DNA of 64,000 nucleotides. It comes from an uncultured delta proteobacterium. GTDB taxonomy: Bacteria; Myxococcota_A; Polyangia; Polyangiales; B10-G4. The translations under genes and the position numbers were made by a program. Shown here piece after piece: positions 9,501 through 19,802 of this stretch (position 1 is the stretch's first letter; the number at the start of each line of letters is the position of its first letter). The notes under the pieces were generated by a model, which did no database searches, was not told where the DNA came from, and saw only the letters and a program-made list of their open reading frames with translations. The DNA lies in assembly GCA_963727445.1 (NCBI GenBank), contig CAVSGI010000021.1:512001-576000 (forward strand), given 5' to 3'.

Positions 9501-10927
9501 TCAGAAGCCCGTGGGTCCCATGCGCCAGAGCACGTTCAGGCTGCCGCCGAGGTACTGATCGACGGCGCCCCCGACCGCCATGGGATCGTCCGGTGAGGCG
9601 TGGAAATCGAGGAAGTACATCTCGGTGCCCACGTCGGCTCGAACCTCGAAGCCGAGGGGCAGGCGGTAGCCGAGGCCGAGGTTCGCCGAAAAGCCCTGGG
9701 CGGTGGTGCCGGGATACCAGGCGGCTCCGCTGATGGCGCCGGTGTCCACCACTGCGCGATAGGCCGCGCCCGCGTAGATGTTCAAGTTGCCGACGGCGAT
9801 GCGGGTGTCGGCGCCGAGGCGCACCTGACCGTAGCTGACGCTGGCGATGTCCGGCGTACCGTCCGAAGCGTGTTCGGCCTGGACCGAGAATCCGTGACGC
9901 GCCCATCCCACCGAGACACCGATCTCGGAGTTGCCCACCGGCACGCGTCCCCGCGCGCCGATGCCCCAGCGACTGTCCTTCGTGGGGTAGGCCACTCCGT
10001 TCGGACCCTGGGTGCTCATGCCCAACGATTGGCTCCCTTGGAAGGTCAGACCGATGTGCGCCAGGACGCCGTTCGTGAAGTGTGCCCCGGGGTAATAGGT
10101 CGCCCCCAGGCCGATGGCTGCGCCGAGCGGCAGGGTGTAGGGCCGCGTGGTTCCGCCGAGGAATCGTTCTGATAGGAGAAGTTGCGGTTGAGCAGGAGCA
10201 GCCCGACCTGGGCCTCCACCGGCGAATATCGGGGCTCGAAGGAGTCCTCTTGCATCGCGGGGATGACCTCGTCGTCGACCGCCGCGCCGCCCGTCGGGTA
10301 GAGCTCGCCGTCGAGGTTGCGGCGGCGGATGTCCTCCAGCTCGTCGTTCACCGACTGGATCCGCGCTTCCGGATCGCTGGGGCCGTCGGCGGGCGGCGGG
10401 GCTTCATCGTCCATCGCGGCCACGTCGGCCTCCTGGAGATCGAAGACCATGTCGGCGCCGCTGGCGGTGGCGGGTCCGGCGCTCGGGCCACCGAGCTGGT
10501 CGGAGATCTCCGTCCACACGGTCTGTCGCACGCGGCTTCTGAGGGCGCGCGGATTGCGCGCGCTGATGCGCGGCTGGGCGATGATCTGTCCGGTCTGTCC
10601 GTCGCGGATGTCGAGGCTCACGTGCCAGCCCCCGCGGCGCTGGACGCGGCCGGTCACGAAGAGGTCGGCGTGCATCGCGCGTCCGGCGCGCGCGAAGTCG
10701 CGATCACCCCGCATGCGCAGCCGCATGCGCCGCGCGGTGCGTGCGAGATCGCTGCGCGGCACCACGGCGACGTCCTGCCCCAAGAGGCCTCGAACGGCGC
10801 CGGCGCGAATGGCGGCCGAGCGGGGGCCGCGGAAGTTCTGCACGACGACCCGATTCTGGGCCTCGGCGAAGTGGGGGATCAGCCACGTCGAGAGGACGAC
10901 GGCCAGGGGGAGCGCGAGACGAGCCAT
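9501..10927 (-). CDS. Secreted protein with C-terminal outer-membrane beta-barrel, split by a 1-bp frameshift at ~10163
   Basis: Signal peptide in ORF 10046..10963; the shifted frame continues RPYTLPLGAAIGLGATYYPG... into ORF 9501..10025 with amphipathic strands and terminal Phe. Confidence 0.65.
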
Positions 10928-11107
10928 GCCGCTGGGATGTTCAATCCACGTGCCATGGGCCAAAGGACGAGATCACGGCGGAAATCGCCCTCGGCCGGAG
11001 AGGGTTTCGGAGCCTGGCGCGTTCCCTGTGCTCTTTTTCGTGTCGATTGCCACCGAAACGTCGCGCTCCTTGACTGGCCCTGCTCCGCATGGCCATTTTT
11101 GAAGCCC

Positions 11108-11620
11108 TTGTCCGACGCCGCCCCCGACCCTTCTCCCGCCTCCGAGCGGGCTGTCGCCGCCGCGCTCCCCGCGCAGCCGGTGGGCGAGAGCGTGGGCGCT
11201 CAGCTCCTCGGCCGCCTGGTGTGGCTCTTCTTCTTCGCCGCACCCGCGACGGTCTTCCTCATCTCGCTGACGCTGACGGCGGATCCCGCCGGTCACGGCA
11301 CCCACACGCAGCTCGGGCTGCCGCCCTGCGGCTTCCTCGTCGTCACCGGTCTGCCCTGTCCGGGTTGCGGGCTCACGACCTGCTTCACCCACATGATCCA
11401 CGGAGACGTGGTGGGCGCGGCGCGGGCCAACCCCTTCGGCGTGATGCTCTGGCTGGTCAGCGCGGCGACCATGGTGCTCGGCGCGGTGGGCCTGCTGCGC
11501 GGCCTTCCGGTGATCGACACCCTCGACCGTCTTCATGCCGACAAGTGGGCGATCCTCCTTTCGGTCTCTTCGCTGACCGTCTGGGGGATTCGGGTTCTCA
11601 CCCTCCTCTTGGGGCTGTGA
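11108..11620 (+). CDS. DUF2752 family membrane protein
   Basis: GTHTQLGLPPC...TGLPCPGCGLTT...ANPFG motif; start approximate (TTG). Confidence 0.8.
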   Translation: MSDAAPDPSPASERAVAAALPAQPVGESVGAQLLGRLVWLFFFAAPATVFLISLTLTADPAGHGTHTQLGLPPCGFLVVTGLPCPGCGLTTCFTHMIHGDVVGAARANPFGVMLWLVSAATMVLGAVGLLRGLPVIDTLDRLHADKWAILLSVSSLTVWGIRVLTLLLGL

Positions 11621-13512
11621 GCAGAGACTCCGCGGATCTCGCGCCCGGCACGATGATCGCTGGGCGCTTTCGGGTGGAGTCGCTCCTGGGTTCGGGCGGC
11701 ATGGCCGATGTGTATCGGGCCATCGACGCCGCCACCGGCGCGCCCATCGCGCTCAAGCTCATGCGCGAAGAGGCGGGGCGGATGCAGGAGGCGGTCGAGC
11801 GCGTGCGACGCGAGGGACAGGTGCTGGTGAGCCTCGCGCACCCTGCCATCGTCCGCATCGAGACCTTCGGCCAGACCGACGATGGGCGGATCTTCATCGC
11901 CATGGAGCTGCTCGAGGGCGAAACCCTCGGGGACGTGATGCGGCGCGGGCGTCTCTCGCTGTCGGAGCTCGCGCCGATCGTCGCGGGCACCTGCGCCGGC
12001 CTGGCGGCAGCGCACGAAAAGGGGATCGTTCATCGCGATCTCAAGCCGGACAACATCTTCTTGACCAAGGCCGCCGACGGGATGCAGGTGAAGCTGCTGG
12101 ACTTCGGCATCGCCAAGGTCACCGACGCCAACAAGCTGACGCAGACCGGCGAGGTCCTGGGCACGCCGCGCTACATGGCGCCCGAGCAGCTCTCGGCCGA
12201 GCGGGACCTCGACGGACGCACGGACATCTATGCGCTCGGGGTGATCCTCTACGAGGCGCTCGCGGGCAAGCCTCCCTTCCTCGCCGCGACGGCCACCGAT
12301 CTAATCGTCGCCATTCTACACGGCAAGCATGCTCCGCTGACCGCGCACCGTCCCGACGTGTCGTCGACCATCGAGGGGATCATCGCGCGTGCGATGGCGC
12401 GTGCGAGAGAGGCGCGCTTCGGCACGGCGACCGATCTGGCCAAGGCCTACGTCGAAGCGGCCAGCGGCGGCGCGCGTACGCCGGAAGCTCAGCGCGAGGG
12501 CATGGCGACGGCGTTCGTGGGGAGCTTCGGGGATGAGCCGGAGCCGTCCCCATCGTCGAGCTCGAACGTCGCGACGGCGACGCCCGAGCTGAAGCCAGGC
12601 ACCTTCAGCGAGCTCGAGCAGGTCTCGCGCGACGACGCGCGCCGGCGTGACGTGGAGATGGCGAAGACCGACCCGGCGGGAGGCGTGTCGTCGCCCGCGC
12701 GCGGGAGCATGGGCACGCCACGCGAGGCGGCGGAGTATGCGACGCGGCCCAGCCATCCGTCGGCGATCGGGGCACCGGGGCTCCATGACCCGACGCCGGT
12801 GCTCGCCGACGAAGGGACGCCGCCTCCGCACGGTGGTGCGACGCCCGCGCCTGTGGAGTATCGGCTGCCCACGAGCGGTGGCGGAACGAAGCTGGTGGTG
12901 GTCGGGCTCTTCGCAGGGGCGCTCTCGGCAGGCCTCGCGATCGCGGCGCTGAGCTTCCTCGGGCCGCCGAGCGGAGCGGAGGGATCCGAACCGGAGACGG
13001 CGTCTGCGCCCGACAGCATCGCCGCGACTCCGCCGCCTTCGGACGTAGGCGCTTCGGAGGACGGCGCGGCGGCCGGCGATGGGGAGGAGGAGGTCCCGCC
13101 CGGGCTCGAGCTTCCCGCGGGCGCGCCCGAAGAGCCCGCCGAGGTCGCCGAGACGACCATGCGGCGGCGACATGGAGGGATGCAGCGTCGCGGCGGCGAG
13201 GGGACGATGGGCTCCGAGATGACGGGCGGAGGCGCGCCGGGCCCGAGCGCCGCGGAGCTCACCGCCCAGGCGCGATCGGCCTTGCGCGACGGCGACCCGA
13301 GGCGTTGCGTCGAGCTCACGGGCCGAGCGCTCGAGGCCGGGGCCGGCCCCAGCGCAGCGCGCCTTCGTGGCGACTGCCTCCTGGGCCTCGGTGATCGCAG
13401 CGGCGCCCTCGCCGCCTACGAGCGCTTCTGTCGAAGCGCCAGCGGTCACCCCGCCGCCGACGAGGTCCGCTCGATCGTCGAGGGTATGGGCGGCAGCTGC
13501 GACTCAAATTGA
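11617..13512 (+). CDS. Membrane Ser/Thr protein kinase with C-terminal TPR-like domain
   Basis: GSGGMADVY, IALK, HRDLKPDN, DFG, GTPRYMAPE; TM segment; GTGA overlap with the DUF2752 stop. Confidence 0.92.
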   Translation: MSRDSADLAPGTMIAGRFRVESLLGSGGMADVYRAIDAATGAPIALKLMREEAGRMQEAVERVRREGQVLVSLAHPAIVRIETFGQTDDGRIFIAMELLEGETLGDVMRRGRLSLSELAPIVAGTCAGLAAAHEKGIVHRDLKPDNIFLTKAADGMQVKLLDFGIAKVTDANKLTQTGEVLGTPRYMAPEQLSAERDLDGRTDIYALGVILYEALAGKPPFLAATATDLIVAILHGKHAPLTAHRPDVSSTIEGIIARAMARAREARFGTATDLAKAYVEAASGGARTPEAQREGMATAFVGSFGDEPEPSPSSSSNVATATPELKPGTFSELEQVSRDDARRRDVEMAKTDPAGGVSSPARGSMGTPREAAEYATRPSHPSAIGAPGLHDPTPVLADEGTPPPHGGATPAPVEYRLPTSGGGTKLVVVGLFAGALSAGLAIAALSFLGPPSGAEGSEPETASAPDSIAATPPPSDVGASEDGAAAGDGEEEVPPGLELPAGAPEEPAEVAETTMRRRHGGMQRRGGEGTMGSEMTGGGAPGPSAAELTAQARSALRDGDPRRCVELTGRALEAGAGPSAARLRGDCLLGLGDRSGALAAYERFCRSASGHPAADEVRSIVEGMGGSCDSN

Positions 13513-13547
13513 ACACGAATGCCGCTAGCTGATCGCGACTGAGCTGA

Positions 13548-14399
13548 TCAGGAGCGGCTTCTGTCGAGCGCGAGGGTGAGCAGCTCGCCGCCGGTTTCGA
13601 CTTCGTCGGCGGGGCGGGTGGCGTAGCCGAGCTCGAGGGCGGGCTCGGGGTCGAGGGCGGCGCCGAACAGGGTGCGGTCGGCGGCTTGTTCGCGGATCCG
13701 TCCGAGGACGACCTCGGCGCCTTCACCCGGGGTCTCGGGCAGCAGGATCGTGAACTCGTCCAGGTCGGATCGAAAGAGATGGTCGATGCCGCGGATGGCC
13801 TGGCGCAGGCCGCCGGCGAGCTGAACCAGGGCCCCTTCGCCGGCCTCGCGCCCGCTCGCAGCGACGATCTTTCGGTAGTTGCCGATACGCGCGACGACGC
13901 AGGTGAGAGGGTTTCCGTAGCGCGCCGCGCGCGTGTACTCGTAGTCGAGGGTGATCCGCATCTGCTGCGAGGCGCCGGCGCGCGTCAGGGGATCGATCGT
14001 GTCCGATTGGGCCGCGGCCTGAGATTCGGCGAAGCTCACGCGGAGCGCGTTGCGGATGCGCTGCTGGAGCTCGAACACACGATAGGGCTTGGTCACGTAG
14101 TCGTCGGCGCCGAGCTCGAGGCCTTTCTCGCGCGCTTCGAGCTCCTCGGCGCCCGTCACCAGGATCACCGGGATGCCGGCGAGGCCGTCGTCGGACTTGA
14201 GCGCCTTCATGACCTCGAAGCCGTCCAGCTCGGGCATCTCGATGTCGAGCAGGACGAGGTCCGGCCGCTCTCGAGCCACGGCATCGAGGACTTCCTTGCC
14301 GTTGGCGCAGGCCACCACGTCGTATCCCGCCGCCTCGCAGAGCTCCGTCAGGAGCCGCAGATTGAAGGGGTCGTCGTCGGCGACGAGGATGACGCTCAT
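13548..14399 (-). CDS. Response regulator (REC) with degenerate GGDEF domain
   Basis: VADDD...LLDIEMP...KP REC; DPLT...RGIDHLFRSDLDEFTILLPET. Confidence 0.88.
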   Translation of the reverse strand: MSVILVADDDPFNLRLLTELCEAAGYDVVACANGKEVLDAVARERPDLVLLDIEMPELDGFEVMKALKSDDGLAGIPVILVTGAEELEAREKGLELGADDYVTKPYRVFELQQRIRNALRVSFAESQAAAQSDTIDPLTRAGASQQMRITLDYEYTRAARYGNPLTCVVARIGNYRKIVAASGREAGEGALVQLAGGLRQAIRGIDHLFRSDLDEFTILLPETPGEGAEVVLGRIREQAADRTLFGAALDPEPALELGYATRPADEVETGGELLTLALDRSRS

Positions 14400-14415
14400 C
14401 TCGTCCCTTCAGCCA

Positions 14416-15615
14416 TCACTTGTCGTTCCAGGAGCCCTCGAGGCCGTACGCCTGCACCTTGCGGATCAAGTTGCGGCGGCTGATGCCGAGGGCCTCGGCC
14501 GCGCGGGTCTTGTTGCCTTTCGCCTTCTTGAGCCCGTCGAGGATCATCGCGCGCTCGAGTGACTCCACCGCTTCGGGGAGCGTGCTGGCGTCGATCCGCA
14601 ACCCGGAGCCCGAGCCTTCGCCCGCGTCCTTGTTCTGCTGAACCGTCCGCGCCCCGTTTCGAATCGACGGGGTCAGATGCTCTTCGTCGATGACGCCCTC
14701 GTCCCCCGACAGGACCCAGAGCCGCTCGATCTCGTTCTCGCACTCGCGCACGTTGCCGGGCCAGCTGTGCGCCATGAGGCGTCCGAGGGCGCGCTGGCTC
14801 AACACCTTCTCCCGCCCGTCGCGCTCACCCAGCCGCGCCATGAAGTGGGAGACCAGCGCCGGAATGTCGTCCTTGCGCTCCCGGAGCGGCGGAACCTTCA
14901 ACGCCACCACGTGCAGCCGATAGTAGAGGTCCTCGCGGAACGAGCCGTTCTTCACCATGGTGGCGAGGTCGCGGTTGGTGGCGGCGATGATCCGCACGTC
15001 CACCTTCTTCTGCTCGGTCGCGCCGACCGGCATGAACACGCCCTCCTGCAGCACTCGGAGGAGCTTGACCTGCAAGGCCGGCGACATGTCGCCCACCTCG
15101 TCGAGGAAGAAGGTGCCGCCGTCCGCCACCTCGAAGAGCCCGGGCTTGTCCGCCACGGCGCCTGTGAAGGAGCCGCGCCTGTGACCGAAGAGCTCCGACT
15201 CGAGGAGGTTGTCGTTGAAGGCGCTGCAGTTGGTGGCGACGAAGCGCTTCTTGGCGCGATTGGAGTTCTCGTGAATCGCCTTGGCGACCAGCTCCTTGCC
15301 GGTCCCGTTCTCACCGGTGATGAGCACCGTGGCGTTCGACCCCTTGATGCGGTCGAGCATGCGGAAGAGGTCGAGCATCAGCGGGCTCTTGCCGACGATG
15401 CCCATGTACGAGCCTTCCTCGCCGGCCCGGCGCGGCAAGGCGTCGAGGAACTTCGCCACCGCCAGCCCCGCGGCGTCCACACCGGCCCGCGCCGCGCCTG
15501 CGTCGTCATCGGTACCGCGCACCTCGCAAGCGACCGTGACACCCTCGGTGGGGCTCACTTCGGCTCGCGCGCTCGGCCCCCCGTTCTGCGCTTCGGAGGT
15601 CGTCTCACTCGCCAT
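14416..15615 (-). CDS. Sigma54-dependent activator (AAA+ and Fis HTH)
   Basis: GENGTGKE, ESELFGH, GSFTGA, FLDEVG, WPGNVRE, NKTRAAEALGISRRNL. Confidence 0.93.
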   Translation of the reverse strand: MASETTSEAQNGGPSARAEVSPTEGVTVACEVRGTDDDAGAARAGVDAAGLAVAKFLDALPRRAGEEGSYMGIVGKSPLMLDLFRMLDRIKGSNATVLITGENGTGKELVAKAIHENSNRAKKRFVATNCSAFNDNLLESELFGHRRGSFTGAVADKPGLFEVADGGTFFLDEVGDMSPALQVKLLRVLQEGVFMPVGATEQKKVDVRIIAATNRDLATMVKNGSFREDLYYRLHVVALKVPPLRERKDDIPALVSHFMARLGERDGREKVLSQRALGRLMAHSWPGNVRECENEIERLWVLSGDEGVIDEEHLTPSIRNGARTVQQNKDAGEGSGSGLRIDASTLPEAVESLERAMILDGLKKAKGNKTRAAEALGISRRNLIRKVQAYGLEGSWNDK

Positions 15616-15662
15616 GCGAATCGCAAGCTACCACGCTGGTTTGCCCGGTGGAAGCGCTGCCG

Positions 15663-16208
15663 TCAGCCCTCCGCGGCGATCGCCGTGAGAGACTCGCGGT
15701 TCTCGGAAGAAAGGCCCCGGGGCTCGGCGAAGCGTTGGTTCACGATGAAGAGGAGCCTGTCCAGGACCTCCACGTTCAGGACGTCCGCGCCGTCGGGAGG
15801 CGCGTCCGGATAATTGAGCGGGCACCAGGTGACGTCACCGCCGGCGCGGGCGCGAACGGCGTCCACCGGGATGACGTCCGGGGGGTAGGCGAGGGCGTGG
15901 CCCTGTGTGCGGCAGACCAGGGGTCGCGCTTCGTAGATGTCACACGACCCGTCGGAGGCGAGCATGACGCAGGCCTCGCCCGGCGCGCGCGCGCGCTCCG
16001 CGATCTGCGCGCGGCCTTCGGCGTCCATCGACCGGAGGTGGTCGCGCACCGCCGCGGCTTCCACCGGCAGGAGCTCGAGGTGCACGAGGCAGCACTGGTG
16101 GCAACCCCGGCCGCAGCGCAGGTCTGCCTGGCGGCGCGCCTCGATGGCCGAGCCGGCGGCGGCCACCTTTTGGAGGAGCGCGCGATATTCGTCGAGGTCT
16201 TTCGTCAC
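15663..16208 (-). CDS. YkgJ family cysteine-cluster protein
   Basis: CGRGCHQCC...CVML...CDIYEARPLVCR. Confidence 0.85.
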   Translation of the reverse strand: MTKDLDEYRALLQKVAAAGSAIEARRQADLRCGRGCHQCCLVHLELLPVEAAAVRDHLRSMDAEGRAQIAERARAPGEACVMLASDGSCDIYEARPLVCRTQGHALAYPPDVIPVDAVRARAGGDVTWCPLNYPDAPPDGADVLNVEVLDRLLFIVNQRFAEPRGLSSENRESLTAIAAEG

Positions 16209-16276
16209 GAGATGCTTCCCTGGGCCGATCAAGTAGTGCTAGCGCGTCTCCGTGCTACGTTCCAGCCGCCCCGAAG

Positions 16277-17947
16277 ATGGACTTCGTCTACTTCATCATC
16301 CTCGTCGGCGTTCTGATCTTCGTCCACGAGCTCGGCCACTTCGCCTGGGCGAAGTTCTTCAACGTCAAGGTCCTCACCTTCTCCCTCGGCTTCGGGCCGC
16401 GGCTGATCGGGTTCCGTGCGGGGGAGACCGAATACCGCATCGCGGCGTTGCCGCTCGGCGGCTACGTGAAGATGCTCGGGGAGAGCCCGAACGACGTCAT
16501 CGCGCCCGAGGACGAGGACCGCGCCTTCAGCACCCAGCCGCTCCTCAAGAAGGTGGTCATCGTCTTCGCGGGTCCAGCGATGAACCTGCTCTTCCCCATC
16601 GCTCTGTACTTCCTCGTCTTCCTGGGCGACGCACAGCTTCCGCCACCGGTGATAGGCACGGTCTTCCCCGACCGCCCCGCCGACGGGAAGCTGATCGCCG
16701 GCGATCGGGTCGTCTCCATCGACGGAGAGGAGATCGACACCTTCGGGGAGCTCCGGCGCAAGGTGGAGGACAGCCCCGGCATCCCCCTCGAGTTCGTCGT
16801 CGAAAGGGACGGCCAGGAGGTGACCACCACCATCACGCCGGTGGTGACGCGCGTCAGCCGCGAGCTCGACATCGTGGACGTGGTGGGACGTATCGGCATC
16901 AGCCCCTACCACCCGACCGCGGTGGTCGGCGTGACCTCGCCCAACAGCCCCGCCGGCGCCGCGCGCATGCGGCCCTTCGACGTGGTGGTGGCCGCGGGGG
17001 GAGAGCCGGTCGACAAGTGGATCGATCTCGAACGCATCCTCGGGCCCAACCGGGGGACGCTCGTGCCCATCACCTACCTGCGCCCGGCGCGCGTGGAGCA
17101 AGCGCTCGGCGGGCTGGTGGAGATCGACGTCTACGAGCCGCACGTCGCCACGCTCACACCCGAGCCGGGTCCCTCGGGCACCGGGGTCGAGCGCGCCGGG
17201 CTCGAACGCGCGGACCTCTACGTGAGCCACGTGGTCGTGGGATCCGAAGAGCAGCGCATCGGGATCCGCCCAGGCGATCGGCTGGTGGCGCTCGACGGAG
17301 AGCCGATCCGCATGTGGGCGACCTTCATCGAGGACCTCAAAGCGGGCGGCGGGCGCGAGCGGCAGCTCACGCTTCGCACCGGCGATCAGGAGCGCACGCT
17401 CTCCTGGCGTCTTCGACACGAGCGGCGCGTCGACGAGTACGGGCAGCAGATCGATCGCTTCGACGCCGACAACATCCTGAACTGGGTGCCCGCGACGCCG
17501 GTGGCAGAGCCCACCGAAAACCCTCATCCGGTTCGCTACGCCTTCAGTCGTGCGGTGCAGAGCACCTGGGAGATGATCGAGCTGACCGTGTACTCGGCGG
17601 TGCGCCTCTTCCAGGGGCAGCTCACCGTCAAGTCCCTGGGTGGGCCGATCACCGTCTTCGAGGTCGCGGGGACCGCGGCCCGGGAGGGGACGATCAACTT
17701 CCTCGAGGTGATGGCGTTCATCAGCGTCAACCTCGGCCTGATCAACCTGTTGCCCATCCCGCTCCTCGACGGAGGCCACCTCCTCTTCTTCCTGATGGAA
17801 GCGGTCAGCCGCCGCCGCGTGAGCACCAAGGTGCGCCAGTACGCCTCCCTCGCGGGTCTCACCATCCTGATCCTGCTGATGGCGATCGCGTTCAAGAACG
17901 ACATCGAGCGCAACTGGTCCGAGACGGCCGTGAGCAGCTCTCCATGA
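16277..17947 (+). CDS. rseP: RIP metalloprotease RseP (multiple PDZ domains)
   Basis: HELGH, LPLGGYVKM, AGPAMN, NLLPIPLLDGGH. Confidence 0.95.
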   Translation: MDFVYFIILVGVLIFVHELGHFAWAKFFNVKVLTFSLGFGPRLIGFRAGETEYRIAALPLGGYVKMLGESPNDVIAPEDEDRAFSTQPLLKKVVIVFAGPAMNLLFPIALYFLVFLGDAQLPPPVIGTVFPDRPADGKLIAGDRVVSIDGEEIDTFGELRRKVEDSPGIPLEFVVERDGQEVTTTITPVVTRVSRELDIVDVVGRIGISPYHPTAVVGVTSPNSPAGAARMRPFDVVVAAGGEPVDKWIDLERILGPNRGTLVPITYLRPARVEQALGGLVEIDVYEPHVATLTPEPGPSGTGVERAGLERADLYVSHVVVGSEEQRIGIRPGDRLVALDGEPIRMWATFIEDLKAGGGRERQLTLRTGDQERTLSWRLRHERRVDEYGQQIDRFDADNILNWVPATPVAEPTENPHPVRYAFSRAVQSTWEMIELTVYSAVRLFQGQLTVKSLGGPITVFEVAGTAAREGTINFLEVMAFISVNLGLINLLPIPLLDGGHLLFFLMEAVSRRRVSTKVRQYASLAGLTILILLMAIAFKNDIERNWSETAVSSSP

Positions 17948-17960
17948 GGAGACGTCTTTC

Positions 17961-19280
17961 ATGAGCGACGCGAATCCGGGCCGCCGCGCGGCGGCCGAGG
18001 TGCTCCACCGCGTGGCGGAGTCGGGTGCCTGGGCGGCGCCCTCGCTCGCGGCGGCGCTCGGCCGCGGCGGGATCGATCCCCGCGATCGCGCCCTCGCCAC
18101 CGAGGTGGTCTACGGAACCTTGCGTTCGCTGCCCGAGGTCGATGCGGCGGTCGCGAAGTTCCTCAAGTCGCCCTTCGCCAACCTCGACGGTTACGTGAGG
18201 GCGGCGTTTCGCACCGGCGCCTACCAGCTCCTGCACCTGTCGGCGCCGGTGCACGCCATCGTGAGCGACACGGTGAGCATCGTGCGAGACGAGCGCGGTC
18301 CGAAGCTCGCCGGGCTCGTCAACGCGGTGCTGCGCAAGGTCGCCGCGTCGCGTCCCGACGAGCCGCACCCGCCCGCGGCCATGACCCTGCCCGACTGGCT
18401 GTCGGAGCAGCTCGTGCGCGACCTGGGGGACGAGCGCGCGGAGGCCTTCACCGCGGCGCGACCGTTGCCCCCGCCAATCGGTCTTCGCGTGACGCGCGGC
18501 GATCGGGCGGAGGTGATCGCCGCCATTCGCGAGGAGCGCCCGCGCGCCGAGGTCACGGAAGGCAAGCTCTCGCCGGCGGCCATCCTCTTTCGCCGCGGCG
18601 GCGATCCGCACACCCTCACCGCCTATCGCGAGGGCGCGGTCGTGATCCAGGAGCAGGGCGCCCAATTGGTGGGTCTACTCGCCGGGGCGAAGTCCGGTGA
18701 GCGCGTGGTGGACGCGTGCGCGGGTCGCGGTGGCAAGACGCTTCAGCTCGCGGCCGCGGTGGGGCCCGAGGGGACGGTCACCGCCATCGATCTTCACGAG
18801 GGCAAGCTCGATCGCGTCTCCGAGGAGCTCGCGCGCCTCGGCGGGGGCGCCGAGGTCGAGACGCATACCATCGATCTCTCCGTGGGGGCCGGTGGTCTCG
18901 AAGGGCGCTACGATCGCGTGCTCGTCGACGCGCCCTGCACCGGGATCGGCACCCTCCATCGCCGGCCGGAGATCCTCCTTCGCATCGGTCCCGAGGATCC
19001 GGCGCGCATGGCGAAGCTCCAGGCGGCGATCCTGACGAACGCCTGTCAGCTGGCGGCGCCGGGAGGGATCATCGTCTACGCGGTCTGCTCCCCGACGCAG
19101 CGCGAGGGCGCCGGCGTGGTGGAGACCGTCGTCGCCGCGCATCCGCAGCTGGTGCGCCGCGCGACGGACGAAGAGCAGCCGTCCTTTGGCGTTCGGGGCG
19201 ACGCCGACGGAATCGTTCGCATCGGTCCGTGGAACGGCGACTGCGACGCCTATCAGGTCGCCCGTCTCGTGCGGCTGTAG
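17961..19280 (+). CDS. rsmB: 16S rRNA m5C967 methyltransferase RsmB/Sun (NusB-like N-terminus)
   Basis: DACAGRGGKT, DAPCTG, YAVCS; N-terminal DRALATEVVYGTLR. Confidence 0.9.
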   Translation: MSDANPGRRAAAEVLHRVAESGAWAAPSLAAALGRGGIDPRDRALATEVVYGTLRSLPEVDAAVAKFLKSPFANLDGYVRAAFRTGAYQLLHLSAPVHAIVSDTVSIVRDERGPKLAGLVNAVLRKVAASRPDEPHPPAAMTLPDWLSEQLVRDLGDERAEAFTAARPLPPPIGLRVTRGDRAEVIAAIREERPRAEVTEGKLSPAAILFRRGGDPHTLTAYREGAVVIQEQGAQLVGLLAGAKSGERVVDACAGRGGKTLQLAAAVGPEGTVTAIDLHEGKLDRVSEELARLGGGAEVETHTIDLSVGAGGLEGRYDRVLVDAPCTGIGTLHRRPEILLRIGPEDPARMAKLQAAILTNACQLAAPGGIIVYAVCSPTQREGAGVVETVVAAHPQLVRRATDEEQPSFGVRGDADGIVRIGPWNGDCDAYQVARLVRL

Positions 19281-19336
19281 CAGGGTTCGTCGCCAGGGAC
19301 GTTGACCTTCGGGTCGGCGCGGGTAACGATCGAGAC

Positions 19337-19792
19337 ATGGGCTTTTCGTGGATTCGCGAGAACCCCCCGATCTGGGACGAAGACAAGCGAAGAATCCTCC
19401 TCGTCGGGGGGCGAGGCATCTTCGACGAGACCTACGGTCACCTCTCCGACGGCGCGCTGGTGCCTGGGGAGTGGTGGCGCGTCGAGAGCGAGGGACGAAC
19501 CGTCGGTTACGGCTGGCTCGACTCGGTCTTCGGCAACGCCGAGATCCTCCTCGCCACCGATCTCGAGCATCGCGGTGAAGGGATCGGCTCCTTCATCCTC
19601 GACCACCTCGACACCGAGGCGCGCGCCCGCGGGCTGAACTACCTCTACAACGTGGTCCAGAAGGCGCATCCCGAACCGGAGGCGCTCAAGCGCTGGCTCG
19701 AGGCGCGCGGCTTCAAAGGCAAGGAGGGGGGCCGGCTGCTCAAGCGCTCCACCAAGCCCAAGGGCGACGTCGCCCTGCAGCCGGAAGCCTGA
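19337..19792 (+). CDS. GNAT family N-acetyltransferase
   Basis: HRGEGIGSFIL motif A; WLEARGF. Confidence 0.82.
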   Translation: MGFSWIRENPPIWDEDKRRILLVGGRGIFDETYGHLSDGALVPGEWWRVESEGRTVGYGWLDSVFGNAEILLATDLEHRGEGIGSFILDHLDTEARARGLNYLYNVVQKAHPEPEALKRWLEARGFKGKEGGRLLKRSTKPKGDVALQPEA

Positions 19793-19802
19793 CGAGCGCT
19801 GC

